The notes below the pieces were generated by a model, which was given only the letters and a program-made list of their open reading frames with translations, ran no database searches and was not told the origin of the DNA. From Vicugna vicugna (taxonomy: Eukaryota), in assembly GCA_013265495.1 (NCBI GenBank), contig MU058781.1, forward strand, positions 10,645,009 to 10,709,008: 64,000 nucleotides of DNA, read 5' to 3'. Below are positions 24,250 through 37,774 of this stretch, in pieces. Within the stretch, counting starts at the first letter, position 1. The number at the start of each line of letters is the position of its first letter. The translations under genes and the position numbers were made by a program.

Positions 24250-24780
24250 TACTTTCAGACTGCAAATATTACACAAAGCTTAATTAAATACAGATGTCAC
24301 ATAAACATAGCTTAAAAACAAAAGCCTCTGATCAGAAATTCCCCTGATCAGAAATAAGCACTCTAAGTAATTTGGTGCATATAACTACAATGCTTTTCAT
24401 GAGTATTAACATATTTATCATTAATATTACTATCATCTGTTACACAGGAATCAAAAACATTATTTTTCAACTTTTTTTTTTCAGTTAATATATCTACGGT
24501 GTATTTTACTTGTCCATACGTTACCTACTTCTTTATTTTCAAGGACTGTGTAGATTTTCATTATTCAACCAGTTTCATATTGATGTGTATTTAGATTCTT
24601 TTCATTGGTTGTTTTACAAAGAAAAACTACAATAAACTTTCTTGTAGATGTCTCCCCAAACACTTGTGGGAATGTTTATACAGAATAAAATCCAAAAAGT
24701 AGAAATGCTAAAAATGAGGGTACAAATATTTTTAATTTTTATAAATATTTTAAAATCACCCTAAGAAAAGGCTAGCCTGT
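24250..24780 (-). mobile_element. Ancient L1 (L1ME-like) 3' remnant
   Basis: TTATTCAACCAGTTTCATATTGATGTGTATTTAGATTC..AAAAGTAGAAATGCT. Confidence 0.5.
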
Positions 24781-25231
24781 CCCATTAATATTAAACTTTT
24801 AAGTAAGTTTTCACATGCTTCAAATCCTGTGAACTTGAACACCAAACAATTTTGCAGCTCATCCTGAATTGTAATATGGGAGTAAACATGTTTGCCAAAT
24901 CTGTTTTACAACATTGCTATAAAGACCAAATAAAATATTCTGCATGAAAACATCTTGTATAAGTTTTTATTTCAAAGCCCAGTCTTTTAATTAAAACAGA
25001 GTTCCTGCATATGGTAAAAAGTACCTGCATATGTGTAAACAATACAAACAAGTATTATAATAAAAAGTAAATATTCCTTCCACATCAGATGCCCAGTCCA
25101 TTTCTGTGAAGGCACAGAAATGTTCTGTTTAAACACAACATAATCATGTATACGTTTATGTATATATGTATGTTATCTCTCTGTGTATGTGTGTATAAAT
25201 ATAGAACAAATCAGACGATGTTTTTGATGAG

Positions 25232-25620
25232 TGTGGCAGATTGTTCAACATCAACTTTAAACTCCTGATGTGCAGATGTGAAGAAGCTAGACAGTGAAAG
25301 CTTACATTCCCTAGAACTAGTAGTCCAGATGTGTTTTGTTCCCTATGAGAATGATGCAGTGGGGTGAGATTTCCAAGGAGAAAATGAGGTGGAGGTGAAG
25401 CTTTTATGCCTTTGTGTTTGCTGCTGTAGAGCAGAGTCGTGGAGGCCTTTGGTTTTTCTTGGCAGCTTTAGCAGAGATCTCAATACTAAGCAACCATTTC
25501 ATAATCATCAAGAGTCAGGGCATCAGTCAGCTCTCTTATTGATGTGGCCTGTTTTCTGGAACTGGTAACAAAAATGGAATGCCATTCTCTTTGCCTTATT
25601 CCTGAACATGGTGGGGATAG
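25232..25620 (+). mobile_element. ERVL LTR33-like fragment
   Basis: TGTGGCAGA..AAGCTTACATTCCC..CAGATGTG..GTGAGATTTCCAAGGAGAAA; assignment tentative. Confidence 0.35.
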
Positions 25621-26127
25621 AGTCATATGAGTGAATCACTGATTTCCAGGGTAACAAGCCAATGGAAATTTTCAAGTTCTTATCTTTTTTTTTCACATGT
25701 ACATCACACATAACTTCACTCAGTGTTTAACATTACTCACTGTTCTACATGACTTTTTTTTTCACAATTTTAATAACCTAATCTGATTTAATTTAATCTA
25801 TACTAATATAACTCTCCTCTTACTTTCATTTTCATAGTTACTGAGTCACTTGTCTGTCAAGAATGTATTTTTATAAATATGATATAGTCCCTGATGATTT
25901 ATTTGAATTATACTTGACATTAATTTTCTTTTATCTTTGTCATTCTTCTAGTCAGTCTATGTCCTGATTTTACAAATCAACAATTACTGTTTTTATTCTA
26001 AGATCTCTAAGAACTGCTTGTTCTTATAGCCATATTTTTTACTAAATTTTATTCATTTATTTATATGCTATATTATGTTTCCAATACTCTTTCTTATATC
26101 CCTAAGGTTTGGGGCTTTTTGTTCTTT

Positions 26128-27300
26128 GTTTTATTAAAATGTAATTTACATTTAGTAAAACTGTTCCTTTTTTAGAGTGCAGTTCTACAAGTTTTGACAA
26201 ATACTTAGTCATGTAAGATTCTCATCACCTCAGTTCAGATACCTGTCACCTAAAAACATTCCCCCTTGTCTGTTTCAAACTCTTATCCTCCCTCCTGTTC
26301 CCTGATGACTACTGACAGTTCTGCCTTTGCAAAGCATCATGTAAGTGAAATCATACAATATGTACCCTGTGAGTCTGATTTCCTTCACTTAGCATGATGC
26401 ATTTAAGATCCATCTATGGTTGTTTAATGTATCAAAGATTTGTTGCTTTTTATTGCTGAGTAGCAGTTCATTGTATGGCTATACCACAGTTTGTTTACTC
26501 CATCCCCATTTAAGAGACATTGGAGTTGTTTCCAGTTTGTGTCATACGATTAAAGCTGCAGGTGTCTGTGTGAACATAAATCTTAATTTCTCTTGGGTAA
26601 ATACATAGGATTGAGATTGATGGGTTGTGTGGTAAGTGTATGCTTAACTTTCTAAGAAATGCTTACCGTTTTCCAAAGTGTTTGTACCATTTTGCATTCT
26701 CATCAGCAATATGTAAGAGTTTCAGTTGCTCCACATCCTTGTTAGTGCTTGGCAATGTTGCTTTCTCAAATGTGGTTTTAATTTGTATTTTCCTAATGAC
26801 TAATGATGTTCAGCATCTTTTTTGTGTGCGTTTACTTATCATCCACAGATCTTTTTCAGTAAGTGATTTTTCAAATCTTTTGTCCATTATTGGGTTGTTT
26901 TTCTTACTGAGGTTTGAGACTCCTGTATGTATTCTAAATACTAGTCCTTTAATCAACTTGTGGTTGTATATATGTGATTTGCTTTTTCTATAACTTGTCT
27001 TTAGTTATCTTAGAGTACTTCAAAGAGGAGCCATTCATATATTTGACAAAATTCAAATTAGCAATTTATTTGTTCTGCTTGTGGTGCCACACTTAAGAAG
27101 TAGTTGCAAAGCCCCAAATCACAGTTTTCTCCTCTGTATTCTTATGGCTTTAGATTTTACATTTAAGTCTATGATCTACTTTGAGTTACCCATTCTTATG
27201 TGATGCAAAATATGAATGGAGTATACTTTTCAATGTGATTTTCAAATCTGTCTAGTGCCATTTGTTATTTCTTTTTTATTGAATGCATATTTGTTGAAAA
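26128..27300 (-). mobile_element. L1 (L1MB/L1MD-like) 3' fragment
   Basis: GTGAAATCATACAATATGTA, TTGGAGTTGTTTCCAGTTTG, GGGTAAATACATAGGA, TTTGTATTTTCCTAATGACTAATGATGTT. Confidence 0.85.
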
Positions 27301-28652
27301 TTAGACTTCTCCTTAATGTTTTAAAATCTTTTCCTTACTTTCCTAATAATTATTTCTTTGGGTGTAAGCCATTATTTTTAGTAAGCTTGACATTCTCTTT
27401 CTTCTGGCTTTTCATTAATATTTGGTAAGTTTTGACTATGTTTTCATCTCTGCATTGAGATTTTTCACTACATTAGCCACAGATGTATTTGTAAGGCCTA
27501 ATTTGGTGAAGTGAGCATCTCAGGAGCAGGTCTCCAGGATATAAATAATTCATCTCAGACATTGCCATCCTCATTGGGCATATTTTTTTTCTTTTTTCCA
27601 CTACAAGCTTCCTCACTGAGCATTTTCACCTGAAGAAAGACTTTCTTATTGCTGATTAGCTCTGCCTCCTGTTCCCCTGGCTTTCCCTGGTTCGGCTCCA
27701 AATGTCAGCTCCCATCACCTCTAAGCATAGACAACCCTGATGCTGCTTTCACTTTGGTGATTGCATTCTCCTGTGTCTTCACCTCCACATGAAAAGAAAG
27801 GCTATTCAGCATATACTCTTACAAAAAACTAACCCTGAAGAATTTCATAATGTCCAGTAAGCTGGTGCAAATCGATGTGTCTCTAAAAGAGGATGACGAG
27901 TAACTACACAGGGAACTGAAAGAAAATCTAACACTAGAAACTCATTCACACATACCAATAACAGATAATCTCAAAGTCACAAAACCTCTTGTGCTCATAA
28001 TTCCCTTCTGGTTTTATTTCTCAAATTTGATGATACTATATCAAAAGCATACAATTTTAATCACTTTAAATTGCATGTTAATTTATGTAACAATTATCAG
28101 TGCTTACTTAAATAATTAACAGCTGTTTATCTTGAGTTATGTTAAATTACTACATCGATGACATACTTTATACACTTAATCTGTAGTAATAAGACAACAA
28201 TTAAATCATTGTTGATTATATAATCTGAAGCTCATGCCTAAGAAACATTATTGTACATACTTATTGTTTTTAATTCTTTACCGCTTTTAAATAACTTACT
28301 CAAATACTTAGTCAGAAAACAACTCACTTTAAAGTGTTTGTTAGAGAATCATTATATTAAGAAATAAAATTAAATAAAACTATGTATATTTCTTCTAATT
28401 GTAATACAACCAAAGTAAAATGCTTATATTCCAAAACCCTAAGAAAACATTTGAGAAGAAACACTCTTCCTCATTGTTTATGGGAAAATCAACAGATTTT
28501 TCTGCAGTAACATGGTATTCGAGAATTAGTTAGGTGTTAATGTTAAACTCATGAAGTAGGTTAATCATACAAGAAAATGTAATTGCTTTCCATAGCATTA
28601 TGATATTTGGCTCTATTAAAATAATTACACACTAAAGATATTTTAAAACTTA

Positions 28653-28789
28653 GGGGAGGGTATAGCTCAGCTGTAGAGTGCATGCTTAGCATGCACGAGG
28701 TCAAGGGTTCGATCCCCATTACCTCCAGTTAAAAAAATAAATAAATAAACCTAATTACCTCTCCCCTGAAAAGACAAAGCAAAACAAAA
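28653..28789 (+). mobile_element. Camelid tRNA-Ala-derived SINE (Vic-1 type)
   Basis: GGGGAGGGTATAGCTCAG..TGCTTAGCATGCACGAGG..GGTTCGATCCC (A and B boxes), (A)n(TAAA)n tail, perfect 11-bp TSD TTAAAACTTAG at 28643-28653 and 28790-28800. Confidence 0.92.
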
Positions 28790-30129
28790 TTAAAACTTAG
28801 AGATTTTATTTCTACATAAGACTAAACATTTAGCTAAAAGAAAAACATTTGAAGATCCAATTTTTGTAGCTTTCATTTAAGTGAATGGAGAAAAAAATCT
28901 TGTCTTGATTATCATTTAATAGTTATGTACAGGAAACTGAATTTTCTCTACATTAGAGCACTCAAAGGAAGAAAGTTTTGAGATCTCAGTATAGGCCTAA
29001 CTAGATTTGCCAACATTACCAAACCCATGCATTATATCCTGAAGAGAGAGATACACAGGAAATGCTTTTCATTTGCTGAGATGATTAAGAAAGCTTGCAG
29101 AACATATAGTGCTAAGTTTCTGATTTTATTTTCAAAATTTTACTTTTTCAGGCAAATCCCAATCACTTGAATTAAGAAACCAAAATGGAGACCGATTAAG
29201 ATTTCTTCCTGAAAGAGCTCAAAACTCAACAAGTGCAAATACAGAGGGAACTAGAAAGACTGTGACAGCAAGGCATTGAGACGATGATCTCTCTCTTCTG
29301 GTCTGAGGCCTGTCGCATAAAGCCATATACCAAAGACTCATATTCTGAGTGAGAGATGAGAGAATTCCTCCAGCACACAAGAAAGGATAGACTGGAATTA
29401 GCTTCCCCCAAGCAAAGAGTACAAGTGAGGGACCTGGACATATATATTCCTAGCCCTCAGCTGCAAAAAGAAATTATAAATGCTCTTATTGGTGATGGAA
29501 ATATTCCAGACCTCCTAGCTTGATTAATTTCATGTCAGCCCTGTGCATAATGTTTTTCACTTACTTAAAAAAAAATCTGCTCTTTGATGTCAAAGCAAAT
29601 TTCAGCTCAGAATAATGCTCAAGGGACTAGTCCTGATGTTTGCCAGTTATTCAAGATAGCTCCATTTTTAATAGAAATGGCATTTAAAAATATGAATTAA
29701 ACACTTCAAAAATGTGTCACCCTGATTCTCAAACCCTTCCTTTTAATTTATTTTTCCATGCTTTCTAGATCATACAAGCAACAGTAGTTACTAGTGCTCC
29801 TTGTAGTTAGCTTCAAATGGAATAAATTATTATTATTGCTTGATATCAATTGCTAATCTCTCTGCAACTACCTTCGTCCTTTAGCAAAGTTGTCTTGCTT
29901 AATTCTGCATTGAGTTTTACATTTTGAATAAATTCCATGAAAATTTGTCTCAAAAGATTCTAAATTATTGTTATAATATTTCACGATGAAGAAAAATACT
30001 AAGACATACGGAAATGTTAGTGGGTTTTTACTTGTTTATGCATAGATCTTCAACTGATTTGAATTTGCTCACATTTATGCAGATTTTTCTCAGATAAGGG
30101 GCTGACTCAAATGGGATAAGTACCAGATT

Positions 30130-30310
30130 TCAGGACATAATTGGAGAGACTATTCAAGCAAATTAGTCCAAGTTCTTTATTTGACTGCTGAGGAAATGGA
30201 AATCAAGAGGTTACTGAGTCATGGGATAACTAAGGTTATACACCTAGCAAATGACAAAGCCCAAATCAGTCTAAGTTTTGTAATGTCCAATATGGGGCTC
30301 TTTTCAATAC
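30130..30310 (-). mobile_element. MIR fragment
   Basis: TTAGTCCAA..TTTTGACTGCTGAGGAAATGGAAATCAAGAGG..AAGGTTATACACCTAG. Confidence 0.55.
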
Positions 30311-33300
30311 ATGACGAGTTCCTGAAAGACATTTTTAATCTCCTGAAAACTTATTAAATAGCTTTCAATTTCCTGGTGCCTGCCTATGTGTATTGCGTAC
30401 ATGTATGTGTATGTGACTATGTGTGTGTGGTGTGTGTGTGTAATTTATTTCAAATGTCATGGAATCCTGGAACTTTTCTCTAAAATGCTAGAGCAAGAGA
30501 TGTTTTCTTGGTCTGTGTGGCTTTAAGTAAAGAAAAGGCTAGATCCTAGGTAAACTGTTGCCTGATGATTCACCCTCGTTAGTCAAAACCCCTTATTCTA
30601 GGATTGTTTCCTTTCCTCATTTTCTAGCATCCCTTTGTTATGGTAGTGGCTATTAAACAATTTTTAAGAAAAATTACTCCTCGGTGAGACTCTGCAGCTT
30701 GAACATTTCATGTTCATTCCATTTGTGTTATCCTAACCTCTCAGCATTTCCAAAGGAAGTCCTACAAGCCAGTTAAACTTCAATCTGGAAAATGGCAAGA
30801 AGAAATTAGTGCATTTTGGAAGGCATGTAATTAAACTGGGTACATGGGTACATCAAAAATATTGTACCCCCCAGGTTATAAACTGAGAGTCCTTCCAACA
30901 AGGTGTAGAATAGATGGGTTTGTCTGAAGTATGACTGAACATCTAGCCCTTACCTGGACACTTCCCAGACACCCAATACATTTGGGTATTCCCTTTAAGG
31001 GCTCCATTAATTTAAGATAATTTGTGCTCTCTAACATTTTTCATGGATGATATTTTTAAAAGGAATTAATTAAAGATACTTAAAGTGTATAAAAACTGAT
31101 CACACAAAAAGAAATCTTGTTCCTAAATAATTTTAAAATGCAAAATATATTTCTCTTCCTTCATTACTTTTAAACTAAGGGCTCAGAAGGATGATAATTA
31201 TTTACAATTATTCCATTTCAATTTTAAGGTCTTGTAAGATGTTTGCTGTATAAAAATTACCATCATTAAAAATAATCTTTGTGATAAGAATTAAGTTGAA
31301 CCACTTCAAGATTTCACTCAATACGTTTTAACTGCTGACTAACATTTTCTAGATTAGGATTCAGAAATCCTCAGGCAAATTTGTTTTCACATCTATCTCA
31401 TTGTTAATTGAGGGACATGATTACTGGAACAAAATCTAGAAACAAAAGTTGACAGGAGAATTTAAACATTGCCTCATTAAGTGGAAAATGTGTTAAGATT
31501 TTGTTTGCCTGTTTCGTTTCTTAACCAGAACATTAAGTTACATAGAAAAACTGACATAATTTTCTTAGGAGGCTTTATCAGAAACCAAACTACTTTATTT
31601 AAAATTGTATCAATCTATTGTACTCTCAAAAAAATCCATGTAAAAGTGGAAAAAAACAAGGAATTCCACATAATAAAAATTATTATTATGAATGACCAAT
31701 AGGAAATCTTTTCTAAAGTAAGTAAGAGTTGCTGAATCTAATTCTTCAGGTAAACAATCCAAAATCTTAGATAAATATAGCTAACCTTTAGAAAATAATA
31801 ATTAACAATATATTAGAATTTATTAATGGTTGAAAATTAAATTGAACTATTTTAGCAACTCTTGGATGTGATACCTAAACAAAGGTTGTAGGGGGAAAAG
31901 AAAGAAGCAGAAAACTCAGTGTCAACATAGAATAATCAGTTATTGAGAGGACATTTTAAAAATCAAGATTCAAATAAACACAGAGGAGTCTGTTGTGAAA
32001 TAAAAACAGCAGTTCTTCTTAAATGACAACCTGATTATTGCAGATGAATGATACGCCTCTCAGGAGAAGGGAAGGAAATATGGCACCCATGTTGTCATTG
32101 GGTAATTGTTCATTGAGTAATCTATATGGTAGTATATACCATAAACAAATGACTTGGTATTTTGGCAAATTCTAAAAGAACATTTAATCTGATGTCTCAG
32201 GCCGGGTTCACTGAAAACTGATCATAGTCATGCACTGTCTTAACTGTACTCCAAGCCAGTGTAAAGATGGGAACGGCTCTGGGAGGAAGGGGGCAGTTCT
32301 AACATTCTATACAGGTCCTACTTTCGGTTAAAGTATTTCATTTTATGCCAGGAAGTCACAAAGCTTTCCAGTCTCTTTCCTCTGCTTTTCTTTTTTTTTT
32401 TTTTAAGGTCCGGTTTATTCTTAACATCCCCTAGTTAGGTTAATTTGGCTGTCCTGAGTGATTAATTACTGTACTCAGATGTAAATATCCTGTACCACAT
32501 CAAATTTCTTTGTACATACTGCGTGTGGTCCTCTTGCATTCATCTACAGATACGTATACGTGGTGATTGAGTGAAAACACTCTCTCCTGCCCCCACCTTT
32601 CTTTATCACACAAAACAATTCTAAGTGAGGATGTCTTCCTGGAGCAGCATAGCTGCAAAAGGAGAGATTCAGTGTGTTACAATTAATGGCATTTTCTACT
32701 CCCCCAAAGTGTTTTTATCTGAAAACTCCTTTCGTGTGTTGTCCAAATACCTTAACTAGGAGTTGAAAAGAGAATAACATGATAGCCTTTCTTCTTTTCA
32801 CATTTTTAGCCAGCCTATTGAACATTCAGTGACTGTCGATACAAAGTATTGTGAATTAATGGACAGAATTAGATCACTACTAAATATTGCCACCAACACA
32901 AATATTGATAATTAAACTAATATCTGTACAGCTCAGGGGGCTATGGTAAACTGAGGACAGGATGACCTTTTTAATTCTGGTCTGATTCAGTGGGAAAGGA
33001 AATCTGTGTTGGTGTCTTGATCATAAGTTATTGTTCATCACAGAATAGAATAAGTGAAAGATACACAGAAGTAACTCCCCTATATCTAGTTGTAAGCGTG
33101 AATCTTACCCGTAGAGATTGAAATGCATCTGTTTCTTTGCACAAAAAAACCCTTCTTGTTGCAATAATAAGTGATGTGCCAGGGTTCCTGGAAAGAAATG
33201 GACCAGGGACGAAGCTCTTCCAACAGAGAGGACTAGGACATAATCAAGATACCTAGCATACCCACAGGGAAGGGATCTTTATAGTTAGTCCCTTCCTCCC

Positions 33301-33794
33301 TGTCTTCCCCTGCCACAGTTAGTGGCACAGTTAGTGGCTTTGGAGGCTAGGTGTTCTGGCTGATGTGACTCAAGTTCCCTCTTGGGTGAGAACTATCCTA
33401 GGGAGGGGCTGCACCAGCATTGGGTTCTGACATGACTGAGAAACTTTTATTTTGTCAAGCTGCTGAAGTTTGAGGGCATGTCTATTGCATTAACTACCCT
33501 AATATTATAAGGGCACTCAGCCCTCCAAATTTTTAACTTGAAATCTCCTAATTTTTCAGGAACAGCAAAGCATCACAATTCATAATTGAAGTTACAACTT
33601 TGGACACCTGTCATCCATCTATCCATTCTTCTCTGCATCTGCATTTCAATCAGACATCCAAAGACCAAATTTCTACTGTGTCCACGCAATCTTGGTCAAA
33701 CTGCACTTGAACCTCAGCTACATAATTCCACCCCCGACACCCTTCTTCCCTCAGGAAATATGACCACTCTGTCTTGGGTTCCCCATTGAACATG

Positions 33795-34445
33795 TAATCT
33801 CAAATAAGAAAAACCAACTCTAGCTAGTTTATTCAGAAAAATAAAATAGATACACAACAAGTTTCTACTGTATAGCACAGGGAACTATAGTCAATATCTT
33901 ATAGGAGCCTATAATGAAAAAGAATATGAAAAGGAATCTATGTATGTATATGGATGACTAAAACATGCTGTACACCAGAAACTGACACAACATTGTAAAC
34001 TGACTATACTTCAATTAAAAAAAATATCGTGTAGACTGTGGATCATTCGAGAGAACAGTTATCATGGCTGCACAGCCAAGACCAAAGCCCCAAATCACAT
34101 GGTAGAACTAGTTCAATAGAGATATCACTGCAGCTACCCTGAGCACCAAGCCTTCAGCTTCTATCACCGACACTGGGAATGCTGAGCACTTAAAGATACT
34201 TCCTCGACCCTCTGCTACTCCAGAGCCGAGAGCTGCCACCACCCACAAAATGCCTGACTCTTTGCTTTACCAGCTTCCTCTTCAACATTTAGCCTATATC
34301 ATCCCTGAAATGTGAGGCTGGAAAAGCAAGAAAATGCCTTCCTGAGAGAGCAGCAGGAAGCAAACAATGGGGGGAATTTCCCAAACACATGAAAGATGTT
34401 CAGGGGCTGGTGGCCAAAAAAAAAGAGAGCAATTACTACTATAGC
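33795..34445 (-). mobile_element. Old MaLR LTR (MLT1K/MLT1L-like) interrupted by an L1
   Basis: AAGAAAAACCAACTCTAGCTAG ... GCCCCAAATCACATGGTAGAACT ... GAGGCTGGAAAAGCAAG; subfamily tentative. Confidence 0.45.
33841..34024 (+). mobile_element. Short young L1 3' end (camelid type)
   Basis: CTACTGTATAGCACAGGGAACTATAGTCAATATC..ACATTGTAAACTGACTATACTTCAATTAAAAAAAA. Confidence 0.9.
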
Positions 34446-36590
34446 CATGTACATACGGCTACTGCTGACTACAACAGGGATGTAATAGTCACTTGATAAA
34501 TATCTGTAGAATGGATGAAATAACCAAGAGTGACCAGGATTGAAGCATCCAGTTATTGCTATTCACAAAGCATCGTTTTAAATGACACAAAAGTGATTGG
34601 ACTGTAGAGCATGACTGTACAGCTCCCCTGAGTTCAACAGAATTATTATTTCAGTCCCATCCAGTTCAATAACAATCAAAGCCAGAGCTACATAGAGTCA
34701 GCGCCAAGTGACACACTCAGCTGCATCCTATAGGCTAAGAAGAGGAGCTCAGAGCTTAATAGGACACTGCAGAAAACCAACTAGGCTTCCACTATCAAAG
34801 TGAAGTGGGGAATTAGAGCAATTTTCCTGACACTCCAGGCAAAAGTGGGCAGTTTGCCTGGATTATCTAGGTCACTGCTTCAAACTCTCAGATTCATTTT
34901 GCCCATGGAGAACTGTCCTATTAGCTCCAGTTACTACAGAGTAACTAACTGAGAAATAAGTTCAGGGTAAAAACAGCCTCATTCCCGACAACCCCCTGTT
35001 AACTATGCTTAAATGTCCATGATTTTTGGTCACATTGATCCAGGCTGGATTTAAAAGAGCAACCTTTCGAGATGGATGACCAATGCCACACACACCTAAC
35101 TTGCTATTATATCTAAGACAGAATGTGTCAAATCAAACGATAAAAATTGAGGAGCCGATTCTCTTTCAGGCTGCCTTGCAGGGTTCCCCCATGATTATGA
35201 CAGGAACGAATCATCCGCAGTGATATTCAGGTTAGTAATGCCATTATGATAAAGTGTGTAATTTAGGTTCGTCTCCATTATGTCAGGAGAATTGCTGGAT
35301 ACTTACCTCCTCCTCCGACTTCTCAGCTTTGCCCCTGTGGCTTACTCAGGGCGCTGTTAATTGACACAATTAAGAGTGAAGACTGATTTACAGGACCCAG
35401 AGGAGCTGCTGGGAGAGTGAGGTTTATGTACTCAGGAGAAGGTTTTATAGACTCTGCAATGACTTCCTTCTGGATACCCCAATTCTTCTCTGATCAGTGA
35501 AAAAGCCAGGGTAAAGGGGGATAATGAATAATATTAGTGCTACAATTTGGTTTCACTCATTTTACTTGTATTTATTTCAATCAAGCACCATTTTAGGTCT
35601 GGTTCCCTTTTAGAAGAAGGGACGTGGTTTTAGACCTGCCTAGTTCCCATCCACTTTCCCATCAGTTTGTTTTTTCCCTCATTATTTTCTGACACTATAA
35701 TAAATTCTAATAAAGCGTCACCAGAAACCAAAGCATTTTCAAAAAGCGTTTTCTGATGCTGAGCAAGGAAAAAGATACAATGGAATAAATAAATTTTCTT
35801 CATTACGTAAGGAAAATTCATGTCCCATTAAGAGAATTTAGCTTTTGAGACACATAAAGCTGTTGAGACACTTTGTCTTCAAGCTCACTGTTGAAATTTA
35901 CCAAGCAGCCCCTTGATCCATCTAGCTTAACATCTTAACTAGGGAAATGAAAAGAGCCTGGAATTAAGTGGTTGTTTTTCACATGCAGCGCCAGAGAACA
36001 AAAACAGGGACCCACATCTGTACTTATTTTAGTTCTGTAAGTCTTGCATCTCTTCTTAGGAGATCAGCACTAGCAAATTGCTGTTAACTGGGATAATTAT
36101 ACAGTTCTCTGAGCAGTAAGCATAATAACACTGTGAGTGTCCAAGGGTTTGAACAATTTGGACTGATTTTGTATAGTGTATAATTTACAGTACAGATTCA
36201 GAATGTCTTCTCTCTCTCTTTTTTCTTTTAAGAACAGCTTTCATGCTTTTGCTCTGGATCATTATACATGGAGACACGTATCCACAGTCAAATTTGATAC
36301 AGATAAATCTAAACATCTGCAAAACTAGGATAATATTATTGGCATTTACACAGTGCTGTCTCGGGCCATTTTTGGTTGTGATTGGCAGAGCCCTAGAAGT
36401 TAGCTGAAGCTCACCCATGTCTAAAATAATGTCTCAAATGGGTAAACTGACATCAAGACCTTGATGTAATTGTTCAGAAACAAGTCAGCTGGGAAATGTG
36501 AATGAGAAAGATCATCTAAAAATAGTACAAAGAAATGCTCAAAGGTATAAAATAATTAAACGAGTAACATACTGAGCTATAGATGTGATT

Positions 36591-36803
36591 ATGGGGTGTA
36601 AATGGCGCTTGCCTATAGTCCCTGCTACTCTGGAGGCTGAGGAAGAAGGATGCTTGAGCCCAAGAATCTGGGCTGTAGTGCTGCTCCACTGATCAGGTGT
36701 CCATGCTAAGTTTGGCATCAATCTGTGACCTCCCTGGAGAGAGGGACCAGTAGGCTGCCTAGGGATAGGTCAAACCAGCCACGTCAAAAATGGAGCAGGT
36801 CAA
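36591..36803 (+). pseudogene. 7SL (SRP RNA) retropseudogene, 3'-truncated
   Basis: Collinear with 7SL nt 1 to ~215 including the S domain (CTGGGCTGTAGTGC, CTAAGTTTGGCATCAAT, GGAGCAGGTCAA); degenerate TSD AGATGTGATT/AGAAGTGACT. Confidence 0.9.
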
Positions 36804-37774
36804 GAAGTGACTGCGGTTGCAGTTAAAAACAAGGCAAATGATTTTTTTTTAAAAAGCTTCAATAAGCTTCATTCACTTGATTATTCATTCAGTCATTCAA
36901 CAAATGACCATTTACTTTGGGGAAAGAGGGGATACCCTAAAAAGTGCTGGCTACATGGCTGAACTAGATATTCTGTCCTCAGGAATCTCAAAGATTAGCT
37001 TCTCAGTAAATATATACAAAAGGCAAACATAGTAGCAATTAATATTCTAGGATGAAGTGGAACTTCACCCTTTCCATAGCTAATCAATTTATATTAATTT
37101 TTCTATTGAGTAACAATGCTCAAAGAAATTCAAGTCACATAGAAAGTATAGTACACGGATAAAATGATAACAATATTATGCTGCAATTAAGTCACTATAC
37201 CATTGTGTTAATTAGAGCAACTGTTTTCATGGCCTAGCTCACTAATAAAGAACTAGCCAACTAAGAATTAAAGAATATTTATAATGAATTTGTTATTGAA
37301 AAGTTGCTTTTCACACTGGACTTATCATTTGAATTTCATCAAGATTAGCTTCAAAAGTTGATTTCTTAGAATTATTGTTTGTTGCTTCCTAAATCCAAAA
37401 ATAAATCTCTGGAAATAAAGAATATCATCAGCCTTGAAAACTGTAATCAATATTTAATGCTTCCTTTTTTGAAAATCAATTCTGAGATTTAGAGACTTAA
37501 ATGGAGTATGATATAAGAACATGAAGTTGAAATGGATTGCATCATTCAATGTACATGAAAAAAAGCTGATAGTGCAAGAAAAGGATAAGATGACATTTTG
37601 AATACTTCTTATTAAATATTTCAGATCAGCAAAAAGGCATAAAGAATTATGTAATAAATATTTGTGTATTTACCACTGAGCTTAAGAAATATTACAATTG
37701 TAGAAATTTCAGGTATAATAGTCTCTGATTGCATTTTCATACTTTCCCATCAATCACTAACATTTCTTTACTTT

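Noticed and set aside
28653..28727. Functional tRNA-Ala gene (also 52890-52963, minus strand)
   Set aside because: Extra 5' G-rich bases, stem mismatches, A-rich tails and TSDs indicate SINEs.
33314..33337. 12-bp tandem duplication CACAGTTAGTGG x2
   Set aside because: Ordinary slippage duplication in probable old LTR sequence; no array structure.
35299..35309. ATACTTACCT as the 5' end of a U1 snRNA pseudogene
   Set aside because: No U1 similarity beyond 10 nt; better read as a minus-strand splice donor.
36539..36721. ORF with Alu-like peptide (SASRVAGT), suggesting primate Alu or contamination
   Set aside because: Antisense translation of the 7SL pseudogene, which includes the S domain that Alu lacks.
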